DNA from: Actinomycetota bacterium
GTDB taxonomy: Bacteria; Actinomycetota; Actinomycetes; Nanopelagicales; Nanopelagicaceae
Reading direction: 5' to 3'
Assembly (NCBI GenBank): GCA_009702525.1
Contig: WLHW01000001.1
Coordinates: 1 to 44,313 of the forward strand
DNA length: 44,313 nucleotides
Below, in pieces: positions 1 through 10,341 of this stretch. The notes below the pieces were generated by a model, which saw only the letters and a list, made by a program, of their open reading frames with translations, was not told the DNA's origin and ran no database searches. The number at the start of each line of letters is the position of its first letter. The first letter of the stretch is position 1. A program made the translations under genes and the position numbers.

Positions 1-312
1 CTCAAAGAGTCCGATAGCCGCGTTTAATGCAGTCTGCCCACCCAGCGTCGCAAGAACTGCGTCCGGTTTTTCATGGGCGATAATTTTCTCAATTACTTCA
101 GGAGTGATTGGTTCTATGTATGTAGCATCCGCAAACTCTGGATCGGTCATGATTGTTGCAGGATTGGAGTTCACTAAAATGACGCGAATTCCTTCTTCAC
201 GTAAGACACGACACGCTTGAGTTCCTGAGTAGTCAAATTCGCAGGCTTGCCCAATAACGATTGGGCCACTGCCGATCACTAAAACACTCTTTATGGAGGT
301 ATCGCGCGGCAT
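1..312 (-). CDS. carB: Carbamoyl-phosphate synthase large subunit, N-terminal part (runs off window start)
   Basis: Manual translation from ATG at 312: [41 protein letters not shown]...[11 protein letters not shown]; start overlaps carA stop (TAATG). Confidence 0.97.
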   Translation of the reverse strand, partial: MPRDTSIKSVLVIGSGPIVIGQACEFDYSGTQACRVLREEGIRVILVNSNPATIMTDPEFADATYIEPITPEVIEKIIAHEKPDAVLATLGGQTALNAAIGLFE

Positions 313-1427
313 TATTTGCTCACCTTCGTAGCCATCATGTCAATGAAGCGGTCAAATAAATACTGCGCATCATGCGGCCCAGCGGCAGCCTCTGGATGGT
401 ATTGCACTGAGAACGCTGGACGATCTATTAAGTGAAGACCTTCTACAACACCGTCATTGAGACTCACGTGAGTTACTTCTCCACGTCCGTACACCGTTGT
501 GAACTCTGTCTCTGTTGGAGCCGCTAAGGCAAAGCCATGATTATGCGAAGTTATTTCGACCTTGCTTGTTAACTTGTCGATAACCGGTTGATTTATCCCA
601 CGATGACCAAAAGTCAATTTAAAAGTTTCAAATCCTAAAGCGCGGCCCAAGATTTGATGTCCGAAGCAGATTCCAAAAATAGGGATCTCCTTAAGAAGTA
701 TCTGCCGCACTACTTCGATAACGTCGACCATAGTCGCAGGATCACCGGGACCATTTGAGATGAACAGACCATCCGGAGAGAGTGCACAAATATCTTCAGC
801 AGTAGAGTCAAATGGCAACACATGAACTTCAACCCCGCGCTCTGAAAGTGCTCGAGGTGTTGCCGACTTTATTCCTAGATCTAACGCCGCTACTACGAAT
901 CTCTTTTGACCTTGCGCAGCGACCACATAGGGGGTTTTTGTAGATACGTCGGAAACAAGGAAAGCACCTGACATTTGTGAACTTTTTCGAACCTCAACAA
1001 CCATTTCTTCACGTGTCATATCCAAACCTGAAAAAATGCCCACTCGCATTGCGCCTCTATCACGCAGATGACGCGTCAATGCCCTCGTATCTACTCCTTG
1101 CAACCCAACGATATTTTGCGCTTTCAACTCACTCTCAAGGTCGGTTTCGCTACGCCAGTTAGAAACCAGTGAGGAAGGATTGCGTACTACAAAACCTGCG
1201 ACCCAAATCTTTTCAGATTCATTGTCGTGACTATTAAAGCCAGTATTTCCAATATGCGGAGCAGTCATCACGACTACTTGCTTATGATACGAAGGGTCAG
1301 TAAGAGTTTCTTGGTATCCAGTCATGCCAGTTTGGAAGACAGCCTCCCCGAAAGTTTTCCCTGTGGCTCCCCAGGACTGTCCTTCAAAGACTCTGCCATC
1401 ATCTAGAACGAGAAATGCGGTGCTCAT
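312..1427 (-). CDS. carA: Carbamoyl-phosphate synthase small subunit
   Basis: [40 protein letters not shown] glutaminase motifs. Confidence 0.98.
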   Translation of the reverse strand: MSTAFLVLDDGRVFEGQSWGATGKTFGEAVFQTGMTGYQETLTDPSYHKQVVVMTAPHIGNTGFNSHDNESEKIWVAGFVVRNPSSLVSNWRSETDLESELKAQNIVGLQGVDTRALTRHLRDRGAMRVGIFSGLDMTREEMVVEVRKSSQMSGAFLVSDVSTKTPYVVAAQGQKRFVVAALDLGIKSATPRALSERGVEVHVLPFDSTAEDICALSPDGLFISNGPGDPATMVDVIEVVRQILLKEIPIFGICFGHQILGRALGFETFKLTFGHRGINQPVIDKLTSKVEITSHNHGFALAAPTETEFTTVYGRGEVTHVSLNDGVVEGLHLIDRPAFSVQYHPEAAAGPHDAQYLFDRFIDMMATKVSK

Positions 1428-2720
1428 CTAAACGTTTATTCCATTGTCTAGGGTGAGTTTGCCTTTAAAGAATGTGTGCGTTACTACACCAGGTAACTCA
1501 AAGCCGTGGAAAGGTGTATTACGGCTGCGGGATTGAACTAGATCTCGATCCACAATCCATTTTTTGTGAGGATTGATGATCGTCACGTTCGCAACACTTC
1601 CCACAGCGATATGTTGTCCCTGTTCCTTATAACCAGCGATCCGAGTTGGGGCCAATGACATCCTTTCTGCCACGCCTTCCCAGGTCAAGAGACCGGTCTC
1701 AACCATTGTTTTGTGCACAATTGAGAGCGCAGTTTCTAAACCTAACATTCCGAAGGATGCTTCTTGCCATTCGCACTCTTTTGACTCCATCGTATGCGGC
1801 GCATGATCCGTTGCAACAATATCAATCGTGCCGTCGGCAAGAGCTTCTCGCAGAGCGTGAACATCTTTCTCGGTACGCAACGGCGGATTTACTTTGAAAA
1901 TTGGATCGTATGAACTCGCCAAATCATCGGTCAATAAAAGGTGGTGCGGAGTAACTTCGGCGGTCACATTGATTCCTCGAGCCTTTGCCCAGCGAATAAT
2001 CTCTACTCCCCCGGCCGTTGTAACGTGACAGATATGCAAGCGTGATTGAACATGATCTGTCAGTAAAACATCGCGTGCGATGATCGCCTCTTCAGCTATT
2101 GCTGGCCAACCGCGCAAGCCTAAACGCGCTGAAATCTCCCCCTCGTTCATTTGGGATCCAATAGTCAAGCGTGGCTCTTGTGCATGTTGAGCGATCACTC
2201 CGTCGAATTTTTTGATGTACTCAAGTGCTCTTCGCATTACTAAGGGATCAAATACGCACATTCCATCATCGCTAAAAACTCTTACTCTGGCGATTGAATC
2301 AGCCATTGCACCAATCTCAGAAAGAGTCTCACCTTTTAATCCCTCGGTAACTGCGCCAATAGGAAAGACATCTAACAATCCCGCTTCTTGCCCCAGCCGA
2401 TATACCTGTTCGACGACTCCAGCATTGTCTGCAACTGGTGACGTGTTAGCCATTGCCGATAAGGCCGTGAACCCACCTTTAGCACCAGCTCGTGATGCAG
2501 AGGCTACTGTTTCTGCATCTTCGCGACCTGGTTGACGTAAGTGCGTATGTAAGTCAACTAAGCCAGGCAAAACTATCGAGTCAGTGACATCTATAATCGT
2601 TGCCTGATTGTTTGCGATTGATTTATCAATCGTGGTAATTACTCCACCTTCTATCAAAACATCCCTGACCGACCCATCAACAAGTGTGCCGCCTTTAAGT
2701 ACGAATGTGGTTGTGGACAT
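1428..2720 (-). CDS. pyrC: Dihydroorotase
   Basis: DLHTHLRQPG, KVNPPLR, ATDHAPH motifs; pyr operon position. Confidence 0.97.
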   Translation of the reverse strand: MSTTTFVLKGGTLVDGSVRDVLIEGGVITTIDKSIANNQATIIDVTDSIVLPGLVDLHTHLRQPGREDAETVASASRAGAKGGFTALSAMANTSPVADNAGVVEQVYRLGQEAGLLDVFPIGAVTEGLKGETLSEIGAMADSIARVRVFSDDGMCVFDPLVMRRALEYIKKFDGVIAQHAQEPRLTIGSQMNEGEISARLGLRGWPAIAEEAIIARDVLLTDHVQSRLHICHVTTAGGVEIIRWAKARGINVTAEVTPHHLLLTDDLASSYDPIFKVNPPLRTEKDVHALREALADGTIDIVATDHAPHTMESKECEWQEASFGMLGLETALSIVHKTMVETGLLTWEGVAERMSLAPTRIAGYKEQGQHIAVGSVANVTIINPHKKWIVDRDLVQSRSRNTPFHGFELPGVVTHTFFKGKLTLDNGINV

Positions 2721-3667
2721 TAGTTCGACCCCGCTTCCAATGGTGCGCCAGCAAGAAGGACATAGAGAATTGCCATTCGGATACTGACACCGTTTGCTAC
2801 TTGCTCGACGATGACCGAACGTGCACTATCCGCGACCTCTGCAGCAATCTCTAATCCCCGATTCATTGGCCCTGGGTGCATAATAATTGCGTGTGGTTGC
2901 ATCATCGCTAATCGCTGGGAGTTCAAACCAAAATAGCGTGAATATTCGCGCGCATTAGGAAAAAATAAATCATTCATTCGCTCCTGTTGAACGCGCAGCA
3001 TCATGACAGCGTCAACCTGGGAGATAACTTCATCCAAATCATATGAGACTTTAGCTGGCCAACTCTCAACTCCAACAGGTAACAATGTAGGCGGGGCCAC
3101 CAAAGTTACATGCGCGCCTAAGAGGTTGAGCAGGAGCACGTTCGAACGCGCAACACGTGAGTGCAACACGTCGCCAACGATTGCTACCTTCAATCCTGCT
3201 AAATCTGGGCCACCTTTGCCGAGATGTTTACGAATAGTAAAAGCATCTAAGAGTGCTTGGCTGGGATGTTCATGTGTGCCATCACCGGCATTGATGACAC
3301 TTCCTGTCATCCACTGTGAATCAGCTAAACGTTGCGGAGCACCTGAAGCACTGTGTCGAATGACGACCGCATCAGCTCCCATCGCTTGCAAAGTCATCGC
3401 GGTATCTTTTAAGGATTCGCCTTTACTGATACTGGAACCTTTTGCTGAGAAGTTAATAACATCGGCCGATAGACGTTTTGCAGCTGCTTCAAAGGAGATA
3501 CGGGTACGAGTTGAATCTTCAGCAAAGAGATTAACAATTGTGCGTCCACGAAGTGTAGGAAGTTTCTTAACTTGCCCATCACTGACTCGAGCAAGTTCAG
3601 TTGCTGTATCCAGAATTACAATTGCATCGCTTTTATTAAGATCTGAGATTGAGAGTAAGTGCCGCAT
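2720..3667 (-). CDS. pyrB: Aspartate carbamoyltransferase catalytic subunit
   Basis: [23 protein letters not shown] motifs. Confidence 0.98.
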   Translation of the reverse strand: MRHLLSISDLNKSDAIVILDTATELARVSDGQVKKLPTLRGRTIVNLFAEDSTRTRISFEAAAKRLSADVINFSAKGSSISKGESLKDTAMTLQAMGADAVVIRHSASGAPQRLADSQWMTGSVINAGDGTHEHPSQALLDAFTIRKHLGKGGPDLAGLKVAIVGDVLHSRVARSNVLLLNLLGAHVTLVAPPTLLPVGVESWPAKVSYDLDEVISQVDAVMMLRVQQERMNDLFFPNAREYSRYFGLNSQRLAMMQPHAIIMHPGPMNRGLEIAAEVADSARSVIVEQVANGVSIRMAILYVLLAGAPLEAGSN

Positions 3668-3670
3668 GGT

Positions 3671-4201
3671 TTAGCCCTCCCCTTCTATGAGCACTTCATC
3701 TGTTCCGTCGATTTCAACCAGGTGCACACGAACTGATTGGTTTGATGAGGTCGGTAAGTTTTTACCAACGAAATCGGCTCGAATTGGAAGCTCCCTATGG
3801 CCACGATCTACTAGTACAGCCAGTTGAACAGAGCGTGGACGTCCAAGCTCACCTAGAGCATCTAGCGCCGCTCTGATCGTTCTACCGGAGTACAGAACAT
3901 CATCGATGAGAACAACATCCCTACCTTCTATGCCAACACTGGGAATAGTCGTGGACATGATTGCTCGAAGCGGGCGCATTCTTAAATCATCGCGATGCAT
4001 TGTGATATCCAACATTCCGGCTTGGATTTCGCGAGTTTCGATGGTTGAGATCGTTTGCGCGATTCGGATCGCTAGGTGAGCACCTCGCGTAGGAATTCCA
4101 AGCAAGGTGATGTTCTCAGCGCCTTGGTTTTTTTCAACGATTTCATGGGAAATACGGGTCAACGCACGCGAGATATCCGATGCGGACAGGGCAATACTCA
4201 T
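3671..4201 (-). CDS. pyrR: Bifunctional pyr regulator / uracil phosphoribosyltransferase
   Basis: RALTRISHEI, LIDDVLYSGRT, DRGHRELPIRADFVGKN; start moved to ATG at 4201, which has an AAGGAG SD (ORF track start 4249 runs through the leader). Confidence 0.95.
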   Translation of the reverse strand: MSIALSASDISRALTRISHEIVEKNQGAENITLLGIPTRGAHLAIRIAQTISTIETREIQAGMLDITMHRDDLRMRPLRAIMSTTIPSVGIEGRDVVLIDDVLYSGRTIRAALDALGELGRPRSVQLAVLVDRGHRELPIRADFVGKNLPTSSNQSVRVHLVEIDGTDEVLIEGEG

Positions 4202-4208
4202 AGTAAAT

Positions 4209-4244
4209 CTCCTTCCCCATCTCACAGGATGGGTCGTTAAAGGA
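4209..4244 (-). promoter_or_regulatory. PyrR-binding RNA stem-loop covering the pyrR Shine-Dalgarno
   Basis: Minus strand UCCUUUAACGACCCAUCCUGUGAGAUGGGGAAGGAG: CCUUUAA plus UCCUGUGAG motifs of PyrR binding loops; UCCUU pairs with AAGGA (SD). Confidence 0.88.
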
Positions 4245-4254
4245 TGCAAGCGCG

Positions 4255-4263
4255 ATCATAGCA
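4255..4263 (-). promoter_or_regulatory. Extended -10 promoter of the pyr operon
   Basis: TGCTATGAT on minus strand about 10 nt before the PyrR loop. Confidence 0.65.
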
Positions 4264-4313
4264 CCGACTCCCTCACACTGTGGATATCGAAATCCTAGGC
4301 CGCCATGCCCATC

Positions 4314-4319
4314 TACGCT
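4314..4319 (+). promoter_or_regulatory. Probable -10 element for leaderless bldD
   Basis: TACGCT 7 nt before ATG 4327; no SD visible. Confidence 0.5.
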
Positions 4320-4326
4320 CAACGCT

Positions 4327-4824
4327 ATGACCACCCCGACTATGGATTCAATCTCACATCGTCTCCGCGCTATCCGCTTAAGCAAAAATCTATCGCTTCG
4401 CGATGTACAGATCGCTAGCAGTGGTCGCATTCCAGCAGTAGTGCTTGGCTCGTATGAACGCGGCGACCGATCATTGAGTGTGAAGAAGGCAATCGCAATC
4501 GCAGAGTTTTACGAGGTTCCACTGGCATATCTACTTTCCGAACCCATCATCAATCAGCACACCCTGGGTGGTGTTGTGATCGACCTTCGCCGGTTACATT
4601 CATTTGGTCTGGATCACCTGGCAACTAATCATTCGGAGTTGGCTTTTCGGATTCTGACAACATTTGTTGCAGGTATTGTTCAAAAGAGAGACGACTGGAA
4701 TGGCGAGGTTCTCTCTTTGCGCACGAGTGATATCGAGTCACTTGCTTTAGCTATGGGAAGTAGTTGCGAGGCTCTTATACAAATGCTTAACACCAATAAA
4801 CTTCTTGTTACTTCAGATAGCTAA
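4327..4824 (+). CDS. bldD: BldD-family XRE transcriptional regulator
   Basis: RLRAIR...LSL...AVVLGSYERGDR...AEFYEVP HTH; C-terminal IDLRRL and RDD-WNGEVLSL-RTSD; same pyrR/nusB position as Streptomyces bldD. Confidence 0.88.
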   Translation: MTTPTMDSISHRLRAIRLSKNLSLRDVQIASSGRIPAVVLGSYERGDRSLSVKKAIAIAEFYEVPLAYLLSEPIINQHTLGGVVIDLRRLHSFGLDHLATNHSELAFRILTTFVAGIVQKRDDWNGEVLSLRTSDIESLALAMGSSCEALIQMLNTNKLLVTSDS

Positions 4825-5235
4825 ACTATCTTTGATTGAGGCTATCCGGCCTAAAACGCCATGGATAAACCCAGCTGAGTCATCCGTTGACAGTTCGCGA
4901 GCTAAATCAAGTGCCTCATCAATTGCTACTGCATCTGGAATATTGTTTCCCCATAAAATCTCATAAATACCCAAACGTAGGATGTTTCTATCAACTGCGG
5001 GCAAGCGATCCATGTCCCAACCTTGTGCATATGTCGTGATTAATTCATCAATCTTTCGGTAATGCTCGCTAATCCCAGTTACTAATTCCCTTGTGTAATC
5101 GCGGATAGGCCGTGCATCCGGACCCTCTCCAACTACATCGCGCAGTGTGAGGGTTGCAAGAGCATTGGTCCCGCGAATATCGGCCTCGTAGAGTAAATCT
5201 AACGCGGCCTTTCGAGCTTTACTGCGGGCCGACAC
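4813..5235 (-). CDS. nusB: Transcription antitermination factor NusB
   Basis: ARSKARKAALDLLYEAD, DRNILRLG, FIHGVLG. Confidence 0.97.
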   Translation of the reverse strand: MSARSKARKAALDLLYEADIRGTNALATLTLRDVVGEGPDARPIRDYTRELVTGISEHYRKIDELITTYAQGWDMDRLPAVDRNILRLGIYEILWGNNIPDAVAIDEALDLARELSTDDSAGFIHGVLGRIASIKDSLAI

Positions 5236-5795
5236 TAGTTAGCGCGACCTTGGTACGACCCATCGCGAGTATCGACCATGACCACTTCATCCTGCTTGAT
5301 GAAAAGTGGAACCTGAATTTCAATTCCAGTTTCAACAGTAGCCGGCTTCGTTCCGCCCGATGATCGATCACCTTGAATACCTGGCTCAGTGTAAGTAATT
5401 TTGAGCGGCACTGAAGCCGCTAGTTCTATATAGAGCGGATTGCCCTCATGTACCGCTACAACAGCGTCAGTATTTTCTAGCATGTAATTAGCCATATCGC
5501 CAACAGTGGCCTGTGAAATAGTCATTTGATCGTAAGTTTTCGAATCCATAAATACAAAGTCTTCGCCCTCTTTATAAAGAAACTGCATATCGCGCTTCTC
5601 TAAGATTTCGATATCGATCTTAACTCCTGAGTTAAAAGTTCGATCGATTACTTTGCCAGTAAGAACCGACTTCAACTTTGTACGAACGAAAGCTGGACCC
5701 TTACCTGGCTTTACATGCTGAAATTCAACAACATTCCATAGTTGGCCTTCGATATCTAGTGTGATGCCATTCTTGAGATCAGCTGTTGTTGCCAC
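5235..5795 (-). CDS. efp: Elongation factor P
   Basis: [16 protein letters not shown] (actinobacterial PGKGP loop), KPATVETG; GTG start with GGAG SD. Confidence 0.98.
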   Translation of the reverse strand: MATTADLKNGITLDIEGQLWNVVEFQHVKPGKGPAFVRTKLKSVLTGKVIDRTFNSGVKIDIEILEKRDMQFLYKEGEDFVFMDSKTYDQMTISQATVGDMANYMLENTDAVVAVHEGNPLYIELAASVPLKITYTEPGIQGDRSSGGTKPATVETGIEIQVPLFIKQDEVVMVDTRDGSYQGRAN

Positions 5796-5878
5796 GATTG
5801 AACTCCAGTCGGATAATTAGTAAATCGGCCACCTGCTGTGATGGCAAGGTAGTAAGGATACCTGCTAAAACTATGTGC

Positions 5879-6319
5879 TCAGTTCGCCCCGCTGAGCAGG
5901 TTCTTCATCGCAATAATCGCTAAAACATAGGAGTTAGGACCGAAACCGCCGATAGTTCCATGCGCGACGCCAGAGATCACCGATGTGTGACGGAACTCTT
6001 CACGAGCCATTGGATTTGATAGGTGCACTTCAATAAGGGGGGCTTTTAATAGTTCGGCAGCATCACGTATTGCATATGAATAATGTGTGAAAGCTGCAGG
6101 ATTAATAATGACCGGTGTCTTTGCATCAGCTGCAGAATGAAGCCAACCGATAATTGTTGCTTCATCATCACTTTGCCGGACATCGGCTTCGAGGCCGTGT
6201 GTCGAGGCAGCGTTTTCAATAAGGCTCTTGAGTTCGGCATAGTTGAGGTCACCATAAATTGATGAGTCTCTAATATCGAGTCGGGCCAGATTAGGCCCGT
6301 TGATTACAAGAATCTTCAT
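5879..6319 (-). CDS. aroQ: Type II 3-dehydroquinate dehydratase
   Basis: INGPNL, INPAAFTHYS, EVHLSN, REEFRH. Confidence 0.97.
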   Translation of the reverse strand: MKILVINGPNLARLDIRDSSIYGDLNYAELKSLIENAASTHGLEADVRQSDDEATIIGWLHSAADAKTPVIINPAAFTHYSYAIRDAAELLKAPLIEVHLSNPMAREEFRHTSVISGVAHGTIGGFGPNSYVLAIIAMKNLLSGAN

Positions 6320-7371
6320 GAGCTAATTCTCTCATAAGCGCTACGTAGTTCGCCCTCGTTAAGATCCTCTACTCGCATGGTTGCTCCTAGGGCGGTTAAT
6401 ACAACAAAGCGAAGTTGTGAGCCTCTACTTTTCTTATCCAATGCAAGAAGAGGCCATAATGCTGGCCAAGCGCTTGATTCATAGGTGATGGGTAGACCCA
6501 ACGCGGACAAAAGCCGACGATGTTGATCGACAACAGCCGAATCAATCAAACCCCTAGCGTGCGCAAGTTCTGATGCATAGACCAAACCTATTGCAATGGC
6601 TTCACCATGGCGCAATGAATATCGAGAATGAATCTCAATAGCATGGCCCAACGTGTGGCCGTAATTGAGTACCTCACGAGCGAAACTCTCTTTAAAGTCC
6701 AAACCCACGACATCGGCTTTCACTTGCACTGAACGCGAGACTAACTGGTCAACCAGGTGCAACTGTGGGCGTAAAGATTCCACACTGTGACCTTCAATTA
6801 CTTTCAGAATTTCTACATCACTGATAAATCCACACTTAATTACCTCAGCTAGTCCAGCGGCAAAATCACGATCAGAGAGAGTCTTAAGCCAACTAAAATC
6901 GATAATGACCGAAAGCGGCGAATAAAAAGCCCCAATAAGATTCTTACCATAGTCACTATTGATCCCTGTTTTACCACCAACCGAAGCATCCACCATTCCT
7001 GCAACACTGGTGGGAACGCCAATCCAATCAATACCTCGCAACCAGGTTGCCGCCGCAAAGCCAGCCAAATCCGTAATTGCTCCACCACCGATACCAATAA
7101 CTAAATCAGAGCGTGTAAATCCGGCTGCACCTAACCAATTCCATACAGACGATACGGTTGCAATATTCTTTGCAGCCTCACCATCACTTACCTCAAAGAA
7201 ATGGAACTCTGCATCAACGTCAGCGTCAAATCGAATTGAATCACGCATCGCAGTGGAGTAAATAACTGCAACTCTTGAGCGGCTCTTTGCGAGCTTCAGA
7301 ATTTCGCTCTTCCAATCGCAATCAATGATTACGTCATAGCTTCGCTCGGCATCTACCGTAATAATTTTCAC
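6316..7371 (-). CDS. aroB: 3-dehydroquinate synthase
   Basis: GGGAITDLAGF, DASVGGKTGIN, LNYGHTLGHAIE, HGEA. Confidence 0.97.
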   Translation of the reverse strand: MKIITVDAERSYDVIIDCDWKSEILKLAKSRSRVAVIYSTAMRDSIRFDADVDAEFHFFEVSDGEAAKNIATVSSVWNWLGAAGFTRSDLVIGIGGGAITDLAGFAAATWLRGIDWIGVPTSVAGMVDASVGGKTGINSDYGKNLIGAFYSPLSVIIDFSWLKTLSDRDFAAGLAEVIKCGFISDVEILKVIEGHSVESLRPQLHLVDQLVSRSVQVKADVVGLDFKESFAREVLNYGHTLGHAIEIHSRYSLRHGEAIAIGLVYASELAHARGLIDSAVVDQHRRLLSALGLPITYESSAWPALWPLLALDKKSRGSQLRFVVLTALGATMRVEDLNEGELRSAYERISS

Positions 7372-7871
7372 TTCGTGGCCTCAACAATCTGAGCTACTAG
7401 TTCTTTCACGCTGCTTCCCTCAACTTTAACAACTGCAGTTGCTAAACGCTCATAAATAGGGCGCCGTACTTCATTGAGTTCTTGCCATTGGGCGCGAGGG
7501 TTGCCCAGCAACAATGGGCGATCCCGATTGAAACCTACTCGTGCTGCGGCAATAGCAAGTGAGACATCTAGAAAAATACGATGCGAATCAGTGGTTGTAA
7601 GTAGTGCTTGGGCACGCTCTGAAATAGGCGCCCCGCCACCGAGCGAGAGAACGCATTCGGGAATAACGATGCACTCTTGAAGTACCTCGAACTCGATTTC
7701 TCTAAAAAAATCTTCACCCTTGGAGATAAAAATATCGGAGATCTTCATTGCAGATTTTTCTTCAATCACAATGTCGGTATCAACGAATCGGAGACCAAGG
7801 TGGCGGGCAAGAGCTTTTCCTACCGTACTCTTGCCAGCTCCCGGCGGACCCATCAAAATAAATTGTGGCAT
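7368..7871 (-). CDS. aroK: Shikimate kinase
   Basis: GPPGAGKST P-loop, DTD, SLGGG, RPLL. Confidence 0.97.
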   Translation of the reverse strand: MPQFILMGPPGAGKSTVGKALARHLGLRFVDTDIVIEEKSAMKISDIFISKGEDFFREIEFEVLQECIVIPECVLSLGGGAPISERAQALLTTTDSHRIFLDVSLAIAAARVGFNRDRPLLLGNPRAQWQELNEVRRPIYERLATAVVKVEGSSVKELVAQIVEATK

Positions 7872-7876
7872 CGTTA

Positions 7877-9058
7877 CTACTTGAAATTGAGATTCAGTAA
7901 GTAACTTTCAAAGTTACGACGAGTCTCCCCGACTGAGTCGCCACCAAATTTTTCCAGAACTGCTTGCGCCAAAACCAGTGCAACCATCGCCTCGGCTACA
8001 ACTCCAGCTGCTGGGACAGCGCATACATCTGAACGCTGATTAATAGCTTTAGCTGCCTCGCCAGTTGCAACATCAATTGTGTCGAGCGCCTTTGGTACTG
8101 TAGAAATCGGTTTCATCGCTGCGCGCACACGAAGGATTTCACCGTTAGACATTCCACCCTCAGTGCCACCAGCACGATCGGTACGTCTGACTATGGCGCC
8201 ATGGGAGTCTTTTTCAATTTCATCATGAGCGCGTGAGCCACGGCGTTGCGCCGTTGCAAAACCATCGCCAAGTTCTACGCCCTTGATCGCCTGAATACCC
8301 ATGACTGCACCAGCTAGACGAGAATCTAAACGTCTATCCCAATGAACATGTGAACCTAAGCCAGGTGGCATGTTGAAGGCCAAAACTTCAACAACTCCAC
8401 CCAATGTATCTCCATCAGAGTGGGCGCTATCAATCTCTGCGAGCATGCGCTCGCTCGTTAACTTATCCGCACATCGAACCGGGTCACTATCTATGCGCTG
8501 CATGTCAACAGATGAAGGAAGTGGTGAATCATCTGGAACACGTACTGACCCAATTGATAACACATGACTAAGAATTGTGACTCCGACACTTTGTTCTAAA
8601 AACTTTCGAGCAACCGCACCAAGTGCCACACGGGCAGCTGTTTCGCGCGCACTAGCTCGCTCCAGAATAGGTCGCGCATCATCTAAATCGTATTTCTGCA
8701 TCCCTACTAAATCTGCATGACCTGGACGGGGACGTGTCAATGGAGCATTGCGTGCCAGGTTTTTGATTTCATCCAGAGGGACAGGGTCAGCCGACATGAT
8801 TTTTTCCCACTTAGGCCACTCTGAATTATCAATTTGAATGGCGATCGGTCCACCTTGTGTGAGTCCATGTCGCACTCCGCCAAGAATTGTGACCTTGTCA
8901 GCTTCAAAAGTTTGACGTGCACCGCGACCAGCACCGAGCCTGCGACGCTGTAGGTGATAATCGATGTCAGCGGTAGTCACAGCAACGCTTGCAGGAATCC
9001 CTTCCACAATTGCACTAAGGGCCTGACCATGAGATTCACCAGCTGTTAACCAACGCAT
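7877..9058 (-). CDS. aroC: Chorismate synthase
   Basis: [26 protein letters not shown]; start taken at ATG 9058 (9064 possible) rather than 9082. Confidence 0.96.
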   Translation of the reverse strand: MRWLTAGESHGQALSAIVEGIPASVAVTTADIDYHLQRRRLGAGRGARQTFEADKVTILGGVRHGLTQGGPIAIQIDNSEWPKWEKIMSADPVPLDEIKNLARNAPLTRPRPGHADLVGMQKYDLDDARPILERASARETAARVALGAVARKFLEQSVGVTILSHVLSIGSVRVPDDSPLPSSVDMQRIDSDPVRCADKLTSERMLAEIDSAHSDGDTLGGVVEVLAFNMPPGLGSHVHWDRRLDSRLAGAVMGIQAIKGVELGDGFATAQRRGSRAHDEIEKDSHGAIVRRTDRAGGTEGGMSNGEILRVRAAMKPISTVPKALDTIDVATGEAAKAINQRSDVCAVPAAGVVAEAMVALVLAQAVLEKFGGDSVGETRRNFESYLLNLNFK

Positions 9059-9485
9059 GTGCATATTCTTGCAGAAATCCACTGCTTCTCGCGCCTAAAT
9101 AGAGCGCAGTTGCCATGAAAATTGATGGTGCCAGTGCAATCTCGCGTCGAATCCGCCCCGAAAGAAGAAACTCAAGCAGCACCATAATCGAGGCACATGC
9201 AAAGATTGCACAAATAAAAACCCACAAGTGGACGATCACCTGAAAGTCCACAGCTAGGCATACGAGCAGAAGTAACTTGATATCCCCCATACCTATTCCC
9301 GCTAAAGCATAGAGAAGGCACAACACGATGATTGCGCAGATGAATGTGTTGATTGAGGTAAATCCGTTGAAAGTGCGCTCTACGCCGATGATGTAGAGCA
9401 TCCAAACAAGATAAATATTTGGGATCCGATGGTACGTGACATCGGCAATACATATGGGTAGAGCAAATATAGCGAGGGCTATCAC
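9036..9485 (-). CDS. Short A24-family prepilin peptidase-like membrane protein
   Basis: Hydrophobic; D-x3-HRIPN and GMGDIKL aspartate motifs; aroE-aroC position typical of actinobacteria. Confidence 0.8.
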   Translation of the reverse strand: MIALAIFALPICIADVTYHRIPNIYLVWMLYIIGVERTFNGFTSINTFICAIIVLCLLYALAGIGMGDIKLLLLVCLAVDFQVIVHLWVFICAIFACASIMVLLEFLLSGRIRREIALAPSIFMATALYLGARSSGFLQEYAHALVNSW

Positions 9486-9491
9486 CTCGAA

Positions 9492-9497
9492 AGATTA
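9492..9497 (-). promoter_or_regulatory. Probable -10 for leaderless prepilin peptidase-aroCKBQ transcript
   Basis: TAATCT exactly 6 nt before GTG 9485. Confidence 0.55.
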
Positions 9498-9522
9498 GTT
9501 GCGTTGTGCTGAGTTGGAATTC

Positions 9523-10341
9523 CTATGTGGATGAACTCAACGCCTCGAAAGCAGCTTTTCGCATCAGCTGGGCCATCGGGGTTCTATCTACCGACAATCC
9601 AGCGAATATCTCTACTTGGGATATCGCTTGATGTATCAACAAATCTAATCCATCAATAACCTGGCCCTTTTTAGCTTGCCAAGTAGCTAGTGCTTGTGTG
9701 GGCCACGGTTTGTACAAAACATCAAAGAAAATTCCATCTGGTTTGGTTGGGAAAATTTGGATAAGTGAATCCGTTGCACCTTCCGGAGTAGTACTGATTA
9801 TCAACTGCGCGGCCTGAATAGATTCCTCATCCCCCCAGGAGACAAAATTCATCTCGGTCGAATCTACGCTCTCAAAAATCTCATCGGCTCCACGAGAAGA
9901 TCGTGCCATGATCGTAATGTGTGAGGCCGAAGCATCACAGGCAGCCGCAGCTGCACGCGCAGTTGCTCCAGCGCCAATAATTACAACGTTTCCAGAAATT
10001 TCCACTCCGTGGCTTTGCAATGAATCTATAAAACCCGAGACATCCGTTGTAGTCGCATTCCACTCTCCAGACGTTCGATACAAAGTATTCGCACTTCGGA
10101 TCTTTTTACTCAGGGGGCTTACATTATTGACACAATCTACAATCTCTTCTTTCAGCGGCATGGTGAGAGAAAAACCTGTCCAGGAATCATCTAGAGACGC
10201 TAGAAATGTGGAAAGTTCTCCGGAGGGCACTTCCAGCTTTGAGTACTCGCCAGAGATTCCTAACTCCCTATACGCGAGCTGATGAAGAAGCGGGCTTAAT
10301 GAATGAGCTATAGGTGAGCCAAGTACTGCTGCTTTGATCAT
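9523..10341 (-). CDS. aroE: Shikimate dehydrogenase
   Basis: GSPIAHSLSP, SLTMPLK, ANT, IGAGATA. Confidence 0.96.
   Translation of the reverse strand: MIKAAVLGSPIAHSLSPLLHQLAYRELGISGEYSKLEVPSGELSTFLASLDDSWTGFSLTMPLKEEIVDCVNNVSPLSKKIRSANTLYRTSGEWNATTTDVSGFIDSLQSHGVEISGNVVIIGAGATARAAAAACDASASHITIMARSSRGADEIFESVDSTEMNFVSWGDEESIQAAQLIISTTPEGATDSLIQIFPTKPDGIFFDVLYKPWPTQALATWQAKKGQVIDGLDLLIHQAISQVEIFAGLSVDRTPMAQLMRKAAFEALSSST

Noticed and set aside
3003-3674. 223-aa plus-strand ORF
   Set aside because: Lies antisense to pyrB; Ser/Thr/Ala-rich shadow translation with no motif
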